Shown here: positions 1 to 15,200 of the stretch, piece after piece
Layout of the letters: every line of letters starts with the position of its first letter
Position numbering within the stretch: position 1 is the first letter of the stretch
Source: Saccostrea echinata
Taxonomy: Eukaryota
Assembly: GCF_033153115.1 (NCBI RefSeq)
Contig: NW_026889751.1
Location: 26,164,001-26,228,000, forward strand
Length of the DNA stretch: 64,000 bases
Direction of reading: 5' to 3'
The notes under the pieces: generated by a model
The model's database searches: none
What the model saw: the letters and a program-made list of their open reading frames with translations, nothing else
Told to the model about the DNA's origin: nothing
Made by a program: the position numbers and the translations under genes

Positions 1-224
1 TTTTCAGTAAGAAGCTTTGTGGTATGGATGGGAAGACCCATGAAAACAAATTTTACTTGTAAAACACCTTGGCTTAAGTTAATAAGATGCGATATATATA
101 TATTTCTCTTGGAGGACTTACTTAGTTTTGGAAATTTATTCAGACTTAACTATTTTTCTGACATTTTATGACACATTGTACATGTATATCTTTGAGTATG
201 GCCAATCTAAATTTTCCATGACAG

Positions 225-3200
225 GTGATAGCCACAGTGTGTGTTAGTACAAGGCCTGCTATTACTCTGGCTGAGGCTATGACCCAGGAACAGCTGGAGC
301 GACTTATTCTGTTGGCTTCTAACCTGGAGTTTAGTTACGGGAATGTCAGCTGGGGAGGCCCCTGGGCGGGGCATGCAATCACCTGTCTGCTTCAAGACAT
401 ACTGGATGGTAAGCCAGTTAACAATAACATTATTAAATTTAACCAAGATAAAAGCAGAATTCCAGTAGGTACATGAATTGCATTCACTTCTGCCATTACA
501 AAATATTTTAGCAGTCTCAACAAAGTTCTCGTTTTTAATAAGAAATGAAATTTTGTTACTTTCCATGCATAGGATGTGTGAAAATTATATCTCGTAAACA
601 GGTACAGTGCCATTGTCTCACAAATTTTGAATGACAGCACATTGGTAATATTTTGATGCTAGCTTTCAATGATATCGGTTAAAATTATACTTTGTGTTTT
701 TAGGTGAGAAGTTCTATCCTGCTCACATTGACTCGAGTGTGAGTGAGACTCGGGAGGAGGCAGCGGGAGGGTTCACCACAGAGACGGACGAGAGTCTCCC
801 CCACAGTGTTAGCCTGCCCACTATGGAGGATTTGGACACAGACCAAGACAACAGTGTACCTGATACACCAGGTATAAACAATATCTTACTTCCATTACAC
901 TGTAAAGTGTGTCAGTAAACACCAGGATTTACACATTATTGGAAGCCTTCTGTGAAATTAATAAATATAGTAGTAAAAAAAAACAAACTCAGAAGCAGTA
1001 TGAAATAATTCTATTTTGTATGTAGAAGAAAATTGGGTTTATTTTTATCCATGAACTAAATAGTGTTCTTTAGTTTTTTTTTTCATTTATACATAATTTT
1101 ATTCACATGAAGTGAATGGGATTAGGTAGCAGGCATAGCCTTTTTAAGCCCTCTCCCTTTAGTTCTTAAGTTGTGATGAAAATGCCATGATCAATGCTGT
1201 CAAGGCTTCTAGGCAAATGAAATAACAATGTAATGCTTCTGTACACAGAGATGGAACTATCAGATAGTAAAGAGGAACCGTCCAAGATGACATTCGACAA
1301 GGAATCTTCTCTGATGGTGGATCTGCTTCTGGACGACATGGAATACGAGGACGATGCATCTGCCAAACTTCACGCGTACGTCACTGGAGAGTCTGTCGTA
1401 CCTCCACCCCCACCCCCTCCTGAACAAATCCTCTTTGAATCTGGTCTGCCTACCTCCAGTTTGAATGGAACACTGGATGTGGCCAATTCAATGTGTGTAT
1501 CTCAGTCAAACTGTGTCATGTTTTCAACAATCAAAGCTAAAGTGTGGGGGTATTTTTTCTTATCTGTCTGTAAACAAAGTTGGTTGAAGGGGCTGTGAGT
1601 TTGTCTAGTGCATTTCAAAGGTCAATTTCAAAATTGTTTATTTTCACATGAACACACTTTTATGCATCACAGATTTAAAGTATATTTCAGTACACAGATT
1701 CGGTATTCACTACACCATTAAAACAGACCCTTCTTGATTCGGAGGCCACTGACTCAAAGTCAAAGGTCAAGGTTATAGCTTAATACTGTGATGCCTTGTA
1801 TGACTTAATTTTCCATTAAGGATAGCTGTAGTTGAAATTCAGTAAAATGTTTTAAAATTAATGACTTTAAAGTCCATTTATGTTTTAAAATATTTACAGC
1901 CACATAAGTTTCAAAATTTTGTGCTATACATGAATTTAACTACAAATTTTTAGAGTGAAAATATGGAAACATGACATAGGTCTTTGCTTTAGGTGTATTT
2001 AATTCTTTGATGTACATGTGATTCTTTTTAAACCTGAATATTATGATTTGCTTGCATATTTCTTTTCAAATATGCTATTTTTGACTCTGCTCATCAAAGC
2101 TTTAATCATGGTGTAACCAAGAACGGTCTAATGAAAATGAGGAATTTGTCAGTTTTCACACTGATTTTTTGTCTCTCATAGTCTAAAGATATACATGTAT
2201 ATACTTAAAACTCGATGTTGTTTTCCCACCTATAAACCTGTTTGATTTCTAACTACCTTAATATGTAACTTGTGTCGTTGTTTTTCACAGAATGAGTAAG
2301 AATAGTCAAACCTTATACATTCTTGTGTAAATTTTATATAGTAGGAGTAGTTAGATTATTTTTAAGACTAACAATCTTTATAACCTAAGAATGGCAGTGA
2401 TGGAGACTTTGGGGTTTTTTTCAGACCTGAAACTGAAGATAAGAAAAAGGATGTGTTTATCAAGAAAATTGTGGACAAGATTACAGAACGGGATCGAGAA
2501 AGTTGGACTTCTGGGTCATCTTATCGCAGTAGTCTGGTGGCCGGAGCTCAGGGAATGTCCACTGCAATGGATGCTCGGCTCGAGTTTGGTTTGGAAACCC
2601 AGGCTGAACTCAGGTTAAAGGTATGCAAGGATTCCTGAGTTTGATTAGAGACAGTACAATTGTAATAAAGTAGAAGTTGTTGACAAGTCACAAAAATAAA
2701 TATATCAGTGACATAATGTTGTAGTACATGTAAATGAATATGTTGTGTATTTTTTATATGATTTTGTGTAATTTATTTTCCTTGTAGGTAATGCTGTCTC
2801 TGCACACAGAGGGGGTCCAGCAGGCATTTAGTAACACCCTGCCACCGGCCCCTTATGTAGGTCACTCCATGTCTTCAGCCCCGCCTCCCACTGACGATGA
2901 ACTGTCACAGGCTAGCGCTACATTTTCACAGTCAGAGGTATAATACATGTCTATATTAATAGCTGTTGATTTTCCTTATGTCATTTTAGGACTTTCAAAA
3001 TAGATTTTAAAAAATAGTTCCACCAATAAGTGTTTGCTTTTATAGTTATAATTAATGTTTATTTTATATTTCAGGTATCATCAGCTGAGATGTTGAGTTC
3101 CTGCTACAACAACCTGTTGTGTCACCTCCTGCCTCAGTGTTCTAACCTAGACTCCCTCCTACAGCTGTGGTTAACACTGAACAGTGAGGGCAATACTGAT

Positions 3201-6200
3201 GCCTCGGGGGGCCCTATTTTTGACTCCTCAAGGACTCCTCTAATTCTCCTCAGCTCGTCCTCGGTGTCCACACTTTTGGAGGTCCTCACAGCTATCCCCA
3301 GTCTGCCCATTAGTTCGTGGGTGTTGGCTTTTCAGAGCCTCACTCTGATAGCCAATCAGAGAATTCCTAGTCATGGCGAGGTGGGGGAAGTGTCCATTAT
3401 TGTTCCTTTGTTGTCCGATGCTAACTTAATCAGTGTCATCAAGAAGTTTTTGTCGGGGACGTCAGATAATGGACCTACTGCATCCTCTGTTCAGTTCTCC
3501 ACAGTGAGTGCATCTTGTATTCCAGTGCATTTATGTCCAAAAGAATGAAGCAATAATAATGGGAGATTTTTAAAATTGTTCATTTTTCTCTCCTTGTTAT
3601 AGGTTGGTCCTGCTGCAACCAAAGCTTTCTATGAATTTTTATTACGACTGTTGGGAAAGTGTCCTCAAGATCATCTTCAGAAATTAAAAGAGCTGATGCT
3701 AAAATTAGTGTACACATTAAGTGCTGAAAGGTAATTTTTATTTCTTTTGTCACTTAACAATGTCAGTTCTGTCATGCTGTTTGGCAGATTAAAACACTAA
3801 TTTTATCTTTCACAGGGGGGCTTTCCATTGTGGTCTCGGTCCACTAGATGCTCAGTGTAAATTCATGGATTTTATTTTGGATCAGACATATGAGAATGTG
3901 GACCTGAGTAATGCCATAAGTGTTATCGAGTCCATCAGCAGTTTAGTTCACCAACACATTCTGTGTCAAGAGAAAGTTTCTTGTAGAAGTACCTCTGAAA
4001 ACTCTGTCAATGCCAGGTCATGTTTTGGGGGACTTTTTGCCAGTTTCCTACGCGGTGGGGACTCAAAGACCTCCGATGCCAGCAGGGATCTCCTAATGTG
4101 TAGTCTTCTAAAACTTGTAAACAATCTTATACAAATGCAGTGTAATTCTCCAAGGAATGTTCGTGTTTCCTCAGTTACAATGGACTCCTCAGCCACAGTG
4201 GAACCTATGACACCAACAAATATCAGCATGTCAGAACCCGTTCCCGATTCTGCCAAATTAGAGCAGGCCCTAGCAACCTCTACCCCAACTCCAGGAGTGA
4301 GGCTATCTGATGAGGAGAAGAGTCAACAGACAGATGAACAGAAGACAGAAACTCTCAACACCCAGGCCTATGTCACAGATTTAATACTGGGCCACCATCA
4401 AATTATGTGCAATCTGATACAGGCTCTGAGTTACTGCAACAGTAACACTATGGCCATGATTCTTGGAAGCAGAGGGATCTCCAGCAACATGCAGGAGACT
4501 TTTACTGGAGGTGAACCGATATCGGTTGGGGATGGGATCTACCAGATCCTGGTGACTTTAACCAGATTGTGCTCAGACAGCCGGTGTGTGATTGAGTCTC
4601 TATACAAGTACCTGTCTGGTTCATACAGCATCAGAACACAGCAGTCCCTGAACAAACTTTCAGAACCTCTCCTATGGTTCATACTCAAAGTTCTAGATAG
4701 TGCTAGATCAATAAATAGCTTCCTAGAAATGGGTAAGTACAAGAGACAAGTTCATGTACATTTGAACATTATATTGACTGGAAATAAATGTAATATAAAT
4801 AGATTTCCAGTAGAATAGCAAAATCTTTTTTGTATATAGAGAGAAATTTTTTTTTTACTGAAGTGGAAATACTTAAAGAAATGTTATTTTTTCACAGTTT
4901 ATTATAATTTATTGTTTAATTATTTTGTACTCTGATTACAGAAACTAATGTTTGTTTATATTCTTTCTCTTCTGTAGGTGGAATATCTGTAATCTGTCAA
5001 AATCTAGTCAACTGTAACTGTCGCATAATAAGCACAAACCCTAGTCTGATTTCTACCATAATGCAGAACCTCAATGGCCGATCTCGATTAGAGAAAAAGA
5101 ACAGTGATTTTGAGTCCCCAGATGGTTTACAAAACTTTGCTCCTCTAGGTAACCAGTCACTGTTATTTTCATTTACAAATGTAAACAAAAAAAATTGATA
5201 TTCTTTTTTGCTTTCATTTTCTGAATTTTTAAGAAATCAAATACTGTTGTATGATGCAAAGAATCAAAGAGACCTGATCAGGGGATTTCCCACTTAACTT
5301 TCTGTTCTATTTTTAGGATACATTTGCTCCAGTAGTCCCACTGCCAGTCCAGCTGAGGTCCTGATACAATCCTCACCTCCACACAGAAGAGCTCGCTCTG
5401 CAGCCTGGTCCTACCACTTCTATCCTGACGAGGCATGGGTGGATCTAACAATTCAGCTGCCTTTTGCTATTTTACTCAAGGAAGTCCAGATACAGCCCCA
5501 TGGTACATCACTCACCAGTAAGTAATGTATAATTATTAATTGATAATTGATACTGTGGATACATATTTATAGATAAGCAGCCTTCAAGAGTATAAATAAT
5601 TAAAATCACTGTTCAGATAGAAATATTTTCAAGAAAGCTGTGGTGCTCAGAGCTACCACTATCATTTTAAAAGAATCCTTTAATCCACCTGTTTACATGT
5701 TTATTATTGTAAGTTTATTATTGTAAGTACTATAGATGAGGATTTTATTGTAGAATCTGAATTTGTTACTCTCATATTTTAGCTTGCCCTTCGAGTGTAT
5801 CGTTAGAACTGAGTCATGATGGAGTGACGTCCACACCCCTCTGTCACCCCCTTATGACCAGTAGTCTGGCCTTTATCAAGCTACAGTTCCAGCGGCCACA
5901 AATAGCCACCATGGTGACCATTAGGCTCCACAAGGCCAGGGACTCTATGACAATCGGGCTGTCACAGATCATGTTGATGGGGTACAGTGCATTTGGAGAC
6001 TCCAGCTCAGCACCTCAGAATGTGTTCATGCCAAATGAGGATTATGTCGCCAGGTCAAGGTTTGTGTCAGTTAAGAGGATAATTTATTAGATTATAAGAT
6101 GCATGTTGCTGTCTTTTCAATAATACGTAGTATGTGGAAAATCTATATTCCAAAGTCCATATTTGTGTACAAATACTATAGAATATCTTTTTTTAAATCT

Positions 6201-9200
6201 GTATTTGAAAAATATTTTGAACAGTCTACAAAAAATGGCTTCTTGATTGTCAAAATTTCAAATAACCAGTAGATGGGGAAAAGTAGAGATTTGGTTATGT
6301 ATGTGTACTGTAGATTCCTAAATATACGCGAGGAATAAATTATCGCGTAATTACGCGAGAAGCACCACTCGTGAAATAAAATTACTCGCTTTTATTTTTA
6401 TGGGGCTTTAATGTATGTAAAATCTCTAGATAAATCACCCATTCGCGAATTATTTTTCTCGCGATTTGACGCCCTTTAGCCATTTCGCGATATTAAGTAC
6501 TCGCGTAAAATAAAGAATCTACAGTATGCACAGGGGCTTGTCACGTCTTTCTATTTGACCACCTACACAAGGGGTGTAGAGGTGGTCAAATAGAAAGAAG
6601 ACAAATTGTTCATATGTATGAATTATTGCAGTGTTCGCTGGATCCGTTTGTTACATCACTGCCTAACAGCATACAAGGAGGTAGAGGAAGCTGTAGCTAA
6701 TAGTGCAGCTCAGATCCCCAATCTAATGAACACCTGCTCTGCCTTGCTAGTCTCACCCATCTCCAGTGTATATGTACCTAACATAGAGGAGGTCCTGCTG
6801 TGTTTGGGACTCCACTCTGTAGACATGGGACTTGCTCTGGTCGACAACATACTCAGAAGTCCTAGTAATAGGGCTAATTCAGGTAAGAGGTCTCCATTGT
6901 CAACAGTGAATTAAACAATACCCAGGCAAGAAGACTGAACTTTTTTGCTAAGGTCATAAAAGTAATATAGTGTACATTGATAATTCATGAATTAATTGTT
7001 GTGAAAGGTTTTGGTTTGCCATACCTTGGAAAAGTTAGTGGCCAAGCCAATGAATCCACTGTGGAATTGCTGTACCAGCTAGGAATGGTCCAAGACCATG
7101 GAACAAGATTAAGGTGTGTGTTTTTCAAATGTACACCCTGGATAATATGAGAAAGAAAAAAATGAAAACAAAAAAAAGAAGAAAGAAAGTGCATTTCTTA
7201 ATCAAATAAGCAATGATATTTTGTGTACACAGAGTTCAAGCTTTGTTGAGCTGGCTGAAGGACAGTGCCAGACTTGCTCTTCAGCGATCATCTCTCTCCA
7301 CTTCTGAAGGCTACAGGAGGGTTCAACAGGAGTTATCTTCCCTTCCTAGCCCCGCCCCCTCCCACATACAGGTTGTGTCAGCCGTCTTATGGCAGAGCAA
7401 TGATTTACCTGTGGAATACGATCTTGGGGGTCTTGTTACCAGGGAACTAGTCAGGTACAGTAACGTTTGTGATTCTTCTCCAAATTTGCCAGTGTGATAA
7501 ATGTGGAGGAAATACCAGTCAGAATTAGATGTAGGCATATAATCATGAACAATATTAAACAGTCATTAAAAATATCACTTGAATCCAAAAATAGGCTCCA
7601 CATGAGTTGTTGATACATTAATACTGTATATTTCTACAGCATTTCTATATTGTAAAATCTGGATGTTATGTATTCTTGCTGATTATGATGTTAACTTTTA
7701 GTCCCTTTTCAGCAAATTTATTTGTTTAAATAGTATCTAATCTGGATTTTGTTTAATCCAGCTAATTTCTACAGCACCAGTGGTGTCCAGATTAAACAAA
7801 TTTTACTGTAATTTGTAAACGCTTTGTTAAGCTCCTTCTAGCCTCTGATTTTCTTCTCTCCAGTTAAAGCATAAATCCAAATACAGTATAGCCATGAGAA
7901 ATTTCATGTAATTTGGGAAATTCTAATAGCTGTAAATATTTCATTTTTAGTTTCCTTTATGAATGGTCCACAACACTGAAAACTGACAACAACTTGAAGC
8001 AGTCTGTAGATTATGTACTTTGTGCTATTTGTCACATCAACCCTGAGTACTTCTCCCAGATTCTGTTGTGGATGGGTATCACCGTAACAGGAGAAAACAG
8101 TCTGTCTGCCTCCATCAGTGATGACCGCAAAGACAACTCCCATCTCCACCAGGGCTCCATGACGGATGATTCCAAAGACAATCGCCATCACAGGTCCATG
8201 ACTGATGACTCTAAGGAGGCCAGCAGTGCCCAGGAGGGCCCGCGCTCACAGACTCAGACCGAGTTTGTTCAGGATTTCCACCACATTACCCTAGAGGAGT
8301 CTTGTCTATCGACTCTGGCCCTGACTTGTCAGTCTGCAGTGGCCATTAAACAGTTACTAGACTCCGGATTCCCTGCTGTACTGGCTCAGGGCTTGTTTGA
8401 ATTCTGTAACAAGGTGATATTTCAGTTCACTGAGAATTATTCCCCTCCGGAAGGAATGACTGATACTCATAAATCCATGTGTGATGACGGTGGTGCCTCA
8501 GGATCGGTGTTGGGTTCCATGTCCAGAACTGTGTCAGGTAATTCATAGAATCTAGTAGAGGGTGTCTTTGAGTATTTAACTTTCAGGGTACTTCCATTAT
8601 AGTAAGGATCTTTCTTTTTAACATGGTCAGCTGCAATGTGAAAAGTAATTCCCATTAAGAATGCTAAAATAGTAAAGAGAAAAAGTGTAACAGTATATAT
8701 ATTTCTTTCACTTTCAACAGAGTCATTGAAATGTTGTACCCAATTATTTCAGACAAAGCTTTATGGATAACAGCAGACATGGTGCCCTCTGTTCTGTATT
8801 TCCTGGCCAAGGTTTCCACAGAGCCCCTGATGAAGGATTGGTTGGGGGGACACGAGGGGAACATATTTTGGCCCTCCCTACTGACCATGCTGTGTAATAC
8901 TCCCATACAGTCCGCCACAGCTCCGGCCAGCATTCCCAGAGAAGGGGTCAGTGTTACTGATTATATATTTAAACTGTAATGCAACTTTACTGAAACAAAA
9001 AGTGAAATACATGTACTGTAAAATGTCCTCAAATGGCAAAAAATGTAGATTTGGGGGGAGGGGGGTTACATAGAAGAGTCATGCAGTTTTTCATTTGATA
9101 AATGTACATGTAGAGTTATCAAACCAAATGTTTCCCATCGCTGATGATTTGATTTTTGTGTCTTGTATTTAGATAATGACAATGGAGAACCGAGGAAGTA

Positions 9201-12200
9201 TCGAGTCTGCTGCTGTCTGTTTTTTCACACAAGTCATGTCCTGCCACATTATTAACCAACTGTTATTTGCCAAAGTCTTATCTGAAGTTATCAAAGAGCA
9301 GAGTTCCTCCTCAAAATCAGGTAAATTAACACTAAAGATCATGATTTAGCAAACTGTGTGGATAGATAAATTACAGCATACTGTTTTGTGAATGGCACAC
9401 CATGTACATCTTTGTAATGACTATTTAAATTAATATCATGCATAGTTAAGTCTATACATGTATATATATTTTTTTCTTACCAGGTCAGCTATTGGGGAAT
9501 TTCCCCCTCTCCGGTTTCACCAGGTGTTTGTTCCTTCAGGCCTTGTTGGAAGATGAAAAAGTTCTTGTAGTGCTCAAGTCTTCCCAACAGAGTGGGAAAA
9601 TCATGATGCAGAGCAAATTAAACAACGGCGTGCATCACCCTCACTTCACAGGGGGACGGAACACCCAGGTGCTGTTGGTTAGCCTACACACAACCATCAG
9701 TGAGATAACAAGCAAAGTCACTGGTGAGATCACTATCCTTGGCATTTTATTGTACAATATTTCATAAAGATATATTTCTCTCTGTATTGGAAAGTTGATG
9801 TACATGGACAGGTATGTTGGTCAATTGAATTTAAAGTATTTTACTTGCTGAACAATTTCAGACCTTCCCCTTCTACCGGGCCAGTTTCTGGAGAAAGCAT
9901 CTGAAAAGAGTGACGAATCCAAAAAAGACAACTTAAGCAATTATACAGAGATGGCCAGCTATCTTTCCAGTTCTGTGGGTATGTAAATGTAGTGCATGCA
10001 TATCAAATCATTCATGTTAAGCATGGCCACTGAAAGATATTTCATATAGGACTGTTTCTTGAAGTCAAGTTTTATAGGATGTAGCTTTACAGTTGTGAGA
10101 CCAAACTGCACAGATTTGACCTTTTGATATTATTATTTAGTAGCAGCTAGTATGGCAGCTAAAGAGAAAAGAGAGAAAGAGGATAAGTCTGGGAAGACAT
10201 CTCTACCCCCAAGACCACCAACTCGCCGAGGGAGGCAAAACCTGGGAAATTCCAACTCACAGATGCCACTTCCTACATTAGGCATCTGCCACAAATCCAT
10301 GCCAAGTAAGTAGATATTGGCATTTACATGTAAGTAATGGTATAGTCTACTGCTGTATTTTTTTGTAAAATTTTAGTTACTTTACATGAAAAGAGCGCAT
10401 GTACATTTACTACAAAATAATGATGATTTTGATTACAGTGTATCTGAAGGCTTATTTGTTAATGATAGATACCATGTGGATAATTTCATGATTAAAATGT
10501 TAGGAAAAAAGCTTTTAATATGTAAGACTGGTTGTTGACCATTGTACTGTAAAGAACATAATTTTGTTATCATTGTCATGGCATTTCTTTTACAGACACC
10601 TCCTTACCAGGGGAGTTAACTCTGTCCCAGCTGTTGCAGATTCTACACCAGCGAGGACTGCAGCACGGACTCAATGTACTGGAGTTTTCTATCAAACAAG
10701 ATGAGAAAAAGGACGGCAATCAGCCAGATCAAAGCAAGTATTGGTCAAAATCCAGAAGTATGCTTGGGGCTCATCACTAACTGGATCAGTATTAATCCAG
10801 TCTCTGGAGCAAATTTCTTTCAGTAGGAAAGAGCATATGAAAAATACTACTAGCATAAATTTATAATCTCAAGATTAACTTTAGAAGGGAAAGGTAAGTT
10901 GATAGTGATATCCTCATAAATTTTATTCACAATTTCTTAGCATAAATTTATGAATTACAAGCTTAATTAAAGAACTATAGAATTTAAGTAGGAACACAGA
11001 TATCCTCATACATTTTGCTCACAATGTCTGTGATTTCCAGGTGAACGAGATGGCTGGAGTGACCTGGATGAGGACCAGGCTCTGACTACCGTGTCCCCCT
11101 TCCCTACCTCCCTACAGGTGTTTGCCAGTGTGGGGGGTCTGGCTCTCTTAGCAGAACACCTGCCTTTGCTGTACCCCGAGGTTTCTAGACAGTCAATCAT
11201 GCAGGAGTCAGGTCTAGATAACATGATTAAGAACATGTCTATAGCTGAAGAGTGGTCCATGATTGAACCTTTCCCAGAGGACTTTTATGAGGTGGGTGAT
11301 CAGTTGAAGAATAAGTAGAGTTTTGATGTGATAAAGGTTTAAATAAAATTATTGAAAATTTATTTCTACTTGATACATGTATATGGAAAAACGTCATGTC
11401 TATTCAACTATAAATTGCATTATTTTAGCATTATGAACTCTCTCAGCCACTGGTAGCCAAAACAAGCAACCCTCCTGTTGCCTTGCCAACCATTCCTCCT
11501 CATTCATTGGTTGCTTTTGGTTTGTTTCTTCGACTTCCTGGATATGCTGAGGTCCTCCTGAAGGAGAGAAAGAAGGCCCAGTGTCTCCTGAGGCTGGTTT
11601 TAGGAGTCACAGATGATGGGGATGGAGGTAAGTACAAATGGCAGATAAGATTGTTGATAAGAAACTCTTGAGCTGCTTCTTTAAGGTACATGTATAATGA
11701 CCCTCTATTCACTAAAATGTAGTAATTATTTAATGACAATTTTCAAAACAAAAGATGGAGATAAGAATGAATTCAAGGAAATTAGGTATACCATGCAGGG
11801 CAAAATATGAGATGAGTGATTGCTAAAGATGAAAGTTTTTTTTAAAAGAAACTGTGATCTATCAATTTTAATAGAGTTATCTTTCTTAACATAGAGTTAT
11901 TCCCCCCTGACAATCATGCAATAATATTGAATTTTTTTTTAATGATCCACAGAAACAAGTGTATGCATTGAAAAGTTTTGTTTAAAGCTGAATAGAATAT
12001 TTATTTGGTCATAATTTGCCATCTACATTGGAAATTTTATTTTATTTTTCAGGTCACATTCTGACATCCCCCATTGCCTGCTCCCTACCCACGCTGCCAT
12101 TCCTTGTCCTGAAATCCCTTTACGACAGCTCACCCCTGACCACAGATGATGGGGTGTTACTGAGGAGGATGTCTCTAGATATCTGGGCCATACACCTGAT

Positions 12201-15200
12201 CCTAGCTTGTCTGTCTGTTCTCAGTCACCATGCCCCCAGGGTACCAGTCCAAGGCTTTCAACAAGAGGTTAGTGAGAGTGGGGTCAAAGTTTAAAAATCA
12301 TGTGATTTAGTGTACATCACTAACCCTTAATTTGTATTCATTGTTATAAGGTAATTAAGTATATTTGATGATTTGCAGTTTAAGGTGAAGTGGGAGTAAA
12401 TATCACAATTTGAAAAAAAAAACTTTCCTTTCTTTGTTTGTTAAAGGTTTATTTAAAATAACTCTATTTCTGAGGCACATGCATTCTGTTCTGTGTATTT
12501 TCAAGAAGTGAATAAAGGAAAATGTACCATGTAGTGGGAATCTCCAAAACAAAATCTTTCATCTTTTCCAATGCCAAATAAAATTCACTTCTTCTATTTT
12601 CATAATCTAAAATTTGAATGACAGAAAGAGTTGAATACATGTAGGTAAATACAGCACATTAGTTAATTTCTCATTCAATGTGGTGTAATTCCAGGCTCGG
12701 TTGATTCTGTCTGCAATGCAGTCAGCTAACACCCCAGCCAGTGTCCCTGTCCAGACCCAAACTGAGGAGAAATCTCAGCAGTACTGGGCCAAGGGGACAG
12801 GGTTCGGGACAGGGTCGACGACGTCCAGTTGGGATGCAGAACAGGCGCTGATGAGACAGAAAAGTGAGGAAGAACACGTAGCTTGTCTGTTACAGGTGAG
12901 TGTTCCAAGACAACTGCTGGATTTCTCAGCACAAAAATACTTAGCGTAGTCATAGTCCATTAACTGTTTGGTTCAATCTTAAATTAGAAAAATTGAGGTC
13001 ATATATACATGTACCTATATATTTACATGCATTTACAGTAATTTTAGCTAAGATTATGACTAATAGAACACAAATAGCAACAAAATGTGATTACCCTTAG
13101 AAAAGTTACCAAATAGAACTTTTAACCCTAACACAATGAATGTGTTCAGGAACTGTATTTCTCTTCAAAGATTACATGTATATTGCATCTTAATGTGCTT
13201 CAACAGAAGTTGATTTTGTCATGTGTTGATGATATGAACAGGTGTTGTCAGAGATTTTTTAATTATTTGTAGTATGATATTGTAAATCATCATTGCAGGT
13301 TCTTGCCAGCTATATAAACCCAGGGGGTGATATTCCCAAAGAGTTTGAGTCCGAAAACTTCACCTCCCCCGCAGAAAAGTCTCTTCTCCCAGACGTGATA
13401 TATGAACTGTTAAGTCAGTCTTGTATTGTTCCTGCCATATCTTCCTATCTCAGAAACGACTCAGTGCTAGACATGGCTCGTCACATTCCTTTGTACCGGG
13501 CGTTGCTGGAGCTACTGAGGGGGATAGCTGTTACCCCCTCCTTAGTACCCCTCCTGCTTCCACTGGAGAAGGACAATGGGCCCGATACGGCCACCTCTGT
13601 TGGGGTGCTGCTAGACAAGATGAGAGTGTGTGTGGATACATATGCCAGCAGATTAAAGTAAATATGTATTTATTTATACATTGCCTGTTTTATTTTTAAA
13701 GTTTATGAAACTTTGTATGGGATAAACGTAGAAGAAAATATTTGAAAAAGTACATCTCTAAGGAGTTTTGTAGCTGTGACCTTCTTTCATAATCCTCAAA
13801 GACAAACACATACATGTACGTTAGCTGAAATCTTGATCTTTTTTTTAGATCTAACAAGGCTAAAAATGAAAATGGCAGTGTAACAGAGGAGGAGGAGAAT
13901 GAAGGGTTGGCCATGCTGATCCCCAACATCCAGGAGACGGCCAGAATTGTCAAGATTGCCACAGAACAACTCCAAAAATCCACTGGTATTCAGTCAAGTT
14001 AATCCTTTTAGAGACTTTTTTCCCCCAAAATATAGTATCAGATTACTACATGTAAGTAAGAAGTAAATGAAATTTCCTCCATTGTTTTTTTTATAATTAC
14101 AAGATGTGTGTGTTTGTCATTTTGTCAGAAATGGAGGGTGCCAGCGAAGAAGCAGGCAAAGACAAATCGGGTCAGACTGGCCAGGCCAGTGCGGAGGAGC
14201 ATTACATGACCATCATGCAGGAGGAACAGTTTGGTGAGTGGACAATTAAGGGGGAAAAAAATAAAATTTGGTTTCTTTTGCACCACTGTATTAGGCTGAA
14301 CACTAATGCATTGACCAATATTATCGACAGAATTTGGTAAATAAATGTAGTTGTTTCTCTTTTCATTGTAAACTTTGATGGCAAGAAAAGAAAGGAAACC
14401 TCTGTACTGGAAATAAAAAAAACTGCCTTCTACTTTATATTTCAGAATTCTTAACCCGAGAAACTTGATTTCTTTTGCCTTATTTTCCATTATACATGAC
14501 TGTATATCTACATGTATATACTTATTTATCAATTACAAAGACTTTACTTCATTTCTAGGATCTTTTGAGTTTGTGTTAGATGATTCAAGTGCTGTCAAAT
14601 TCACCTGTTCTCATCACTATGAAAATAATGTGAAGGCTGCTGGTGAAGTAAGCAATGCTTCTCGGACACGTCGCCTAGCTCAGGAAGCTACGACCCTATC
14701 TACCTCACTTCCCCTGTCCGCCGGCAGCAGTGTGTTTGTCAGGTGTGACGAAGAAAGGCTGGATATCATGAAGGTATTTATCAGTATGTTTATAAAACAA
14801 CAGAGAAGTTGGGAATATTTAGGCCCCCAAAAATTTAGTTTTTCGGGGACTGGTGCATTTAGGTGAATGCTACTGCATTGATCAATTTTATATGGTACAC
14901 TGAAATGGAGAGTAACTTGATTTTTTATTTGAAGCTGGAAAAGAAAATTAAGTTATTTCTTTGTCATTTAAAAAATCAAAGTACTTAGGAGTACAGAGAG
15001 CCGGGCTTATTAGTCCCCTACCGGTGAAACCGGAGGGGACTATAGGTTTCCTCTGAGTCTATCCGTCCGTCTGTCTGTCTGTCCGTCCGTCTAGCTGTCT
15101 GTCCCTCTGTCAGTCTGTCCCACTTGGTTTTCCGCACTTTTTCCCTAAACGCTTGCAGATATTGAGCTGATTTTTGGTATGTGAGTGTATCTTGATGAGT

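Noticed and set aside
207-14532. Numerous short minus-strand ORFs over BIRC6
   Set aside because: They are antisense shadows of BIRC6 exons or intronic open frames, with no independent motifs.
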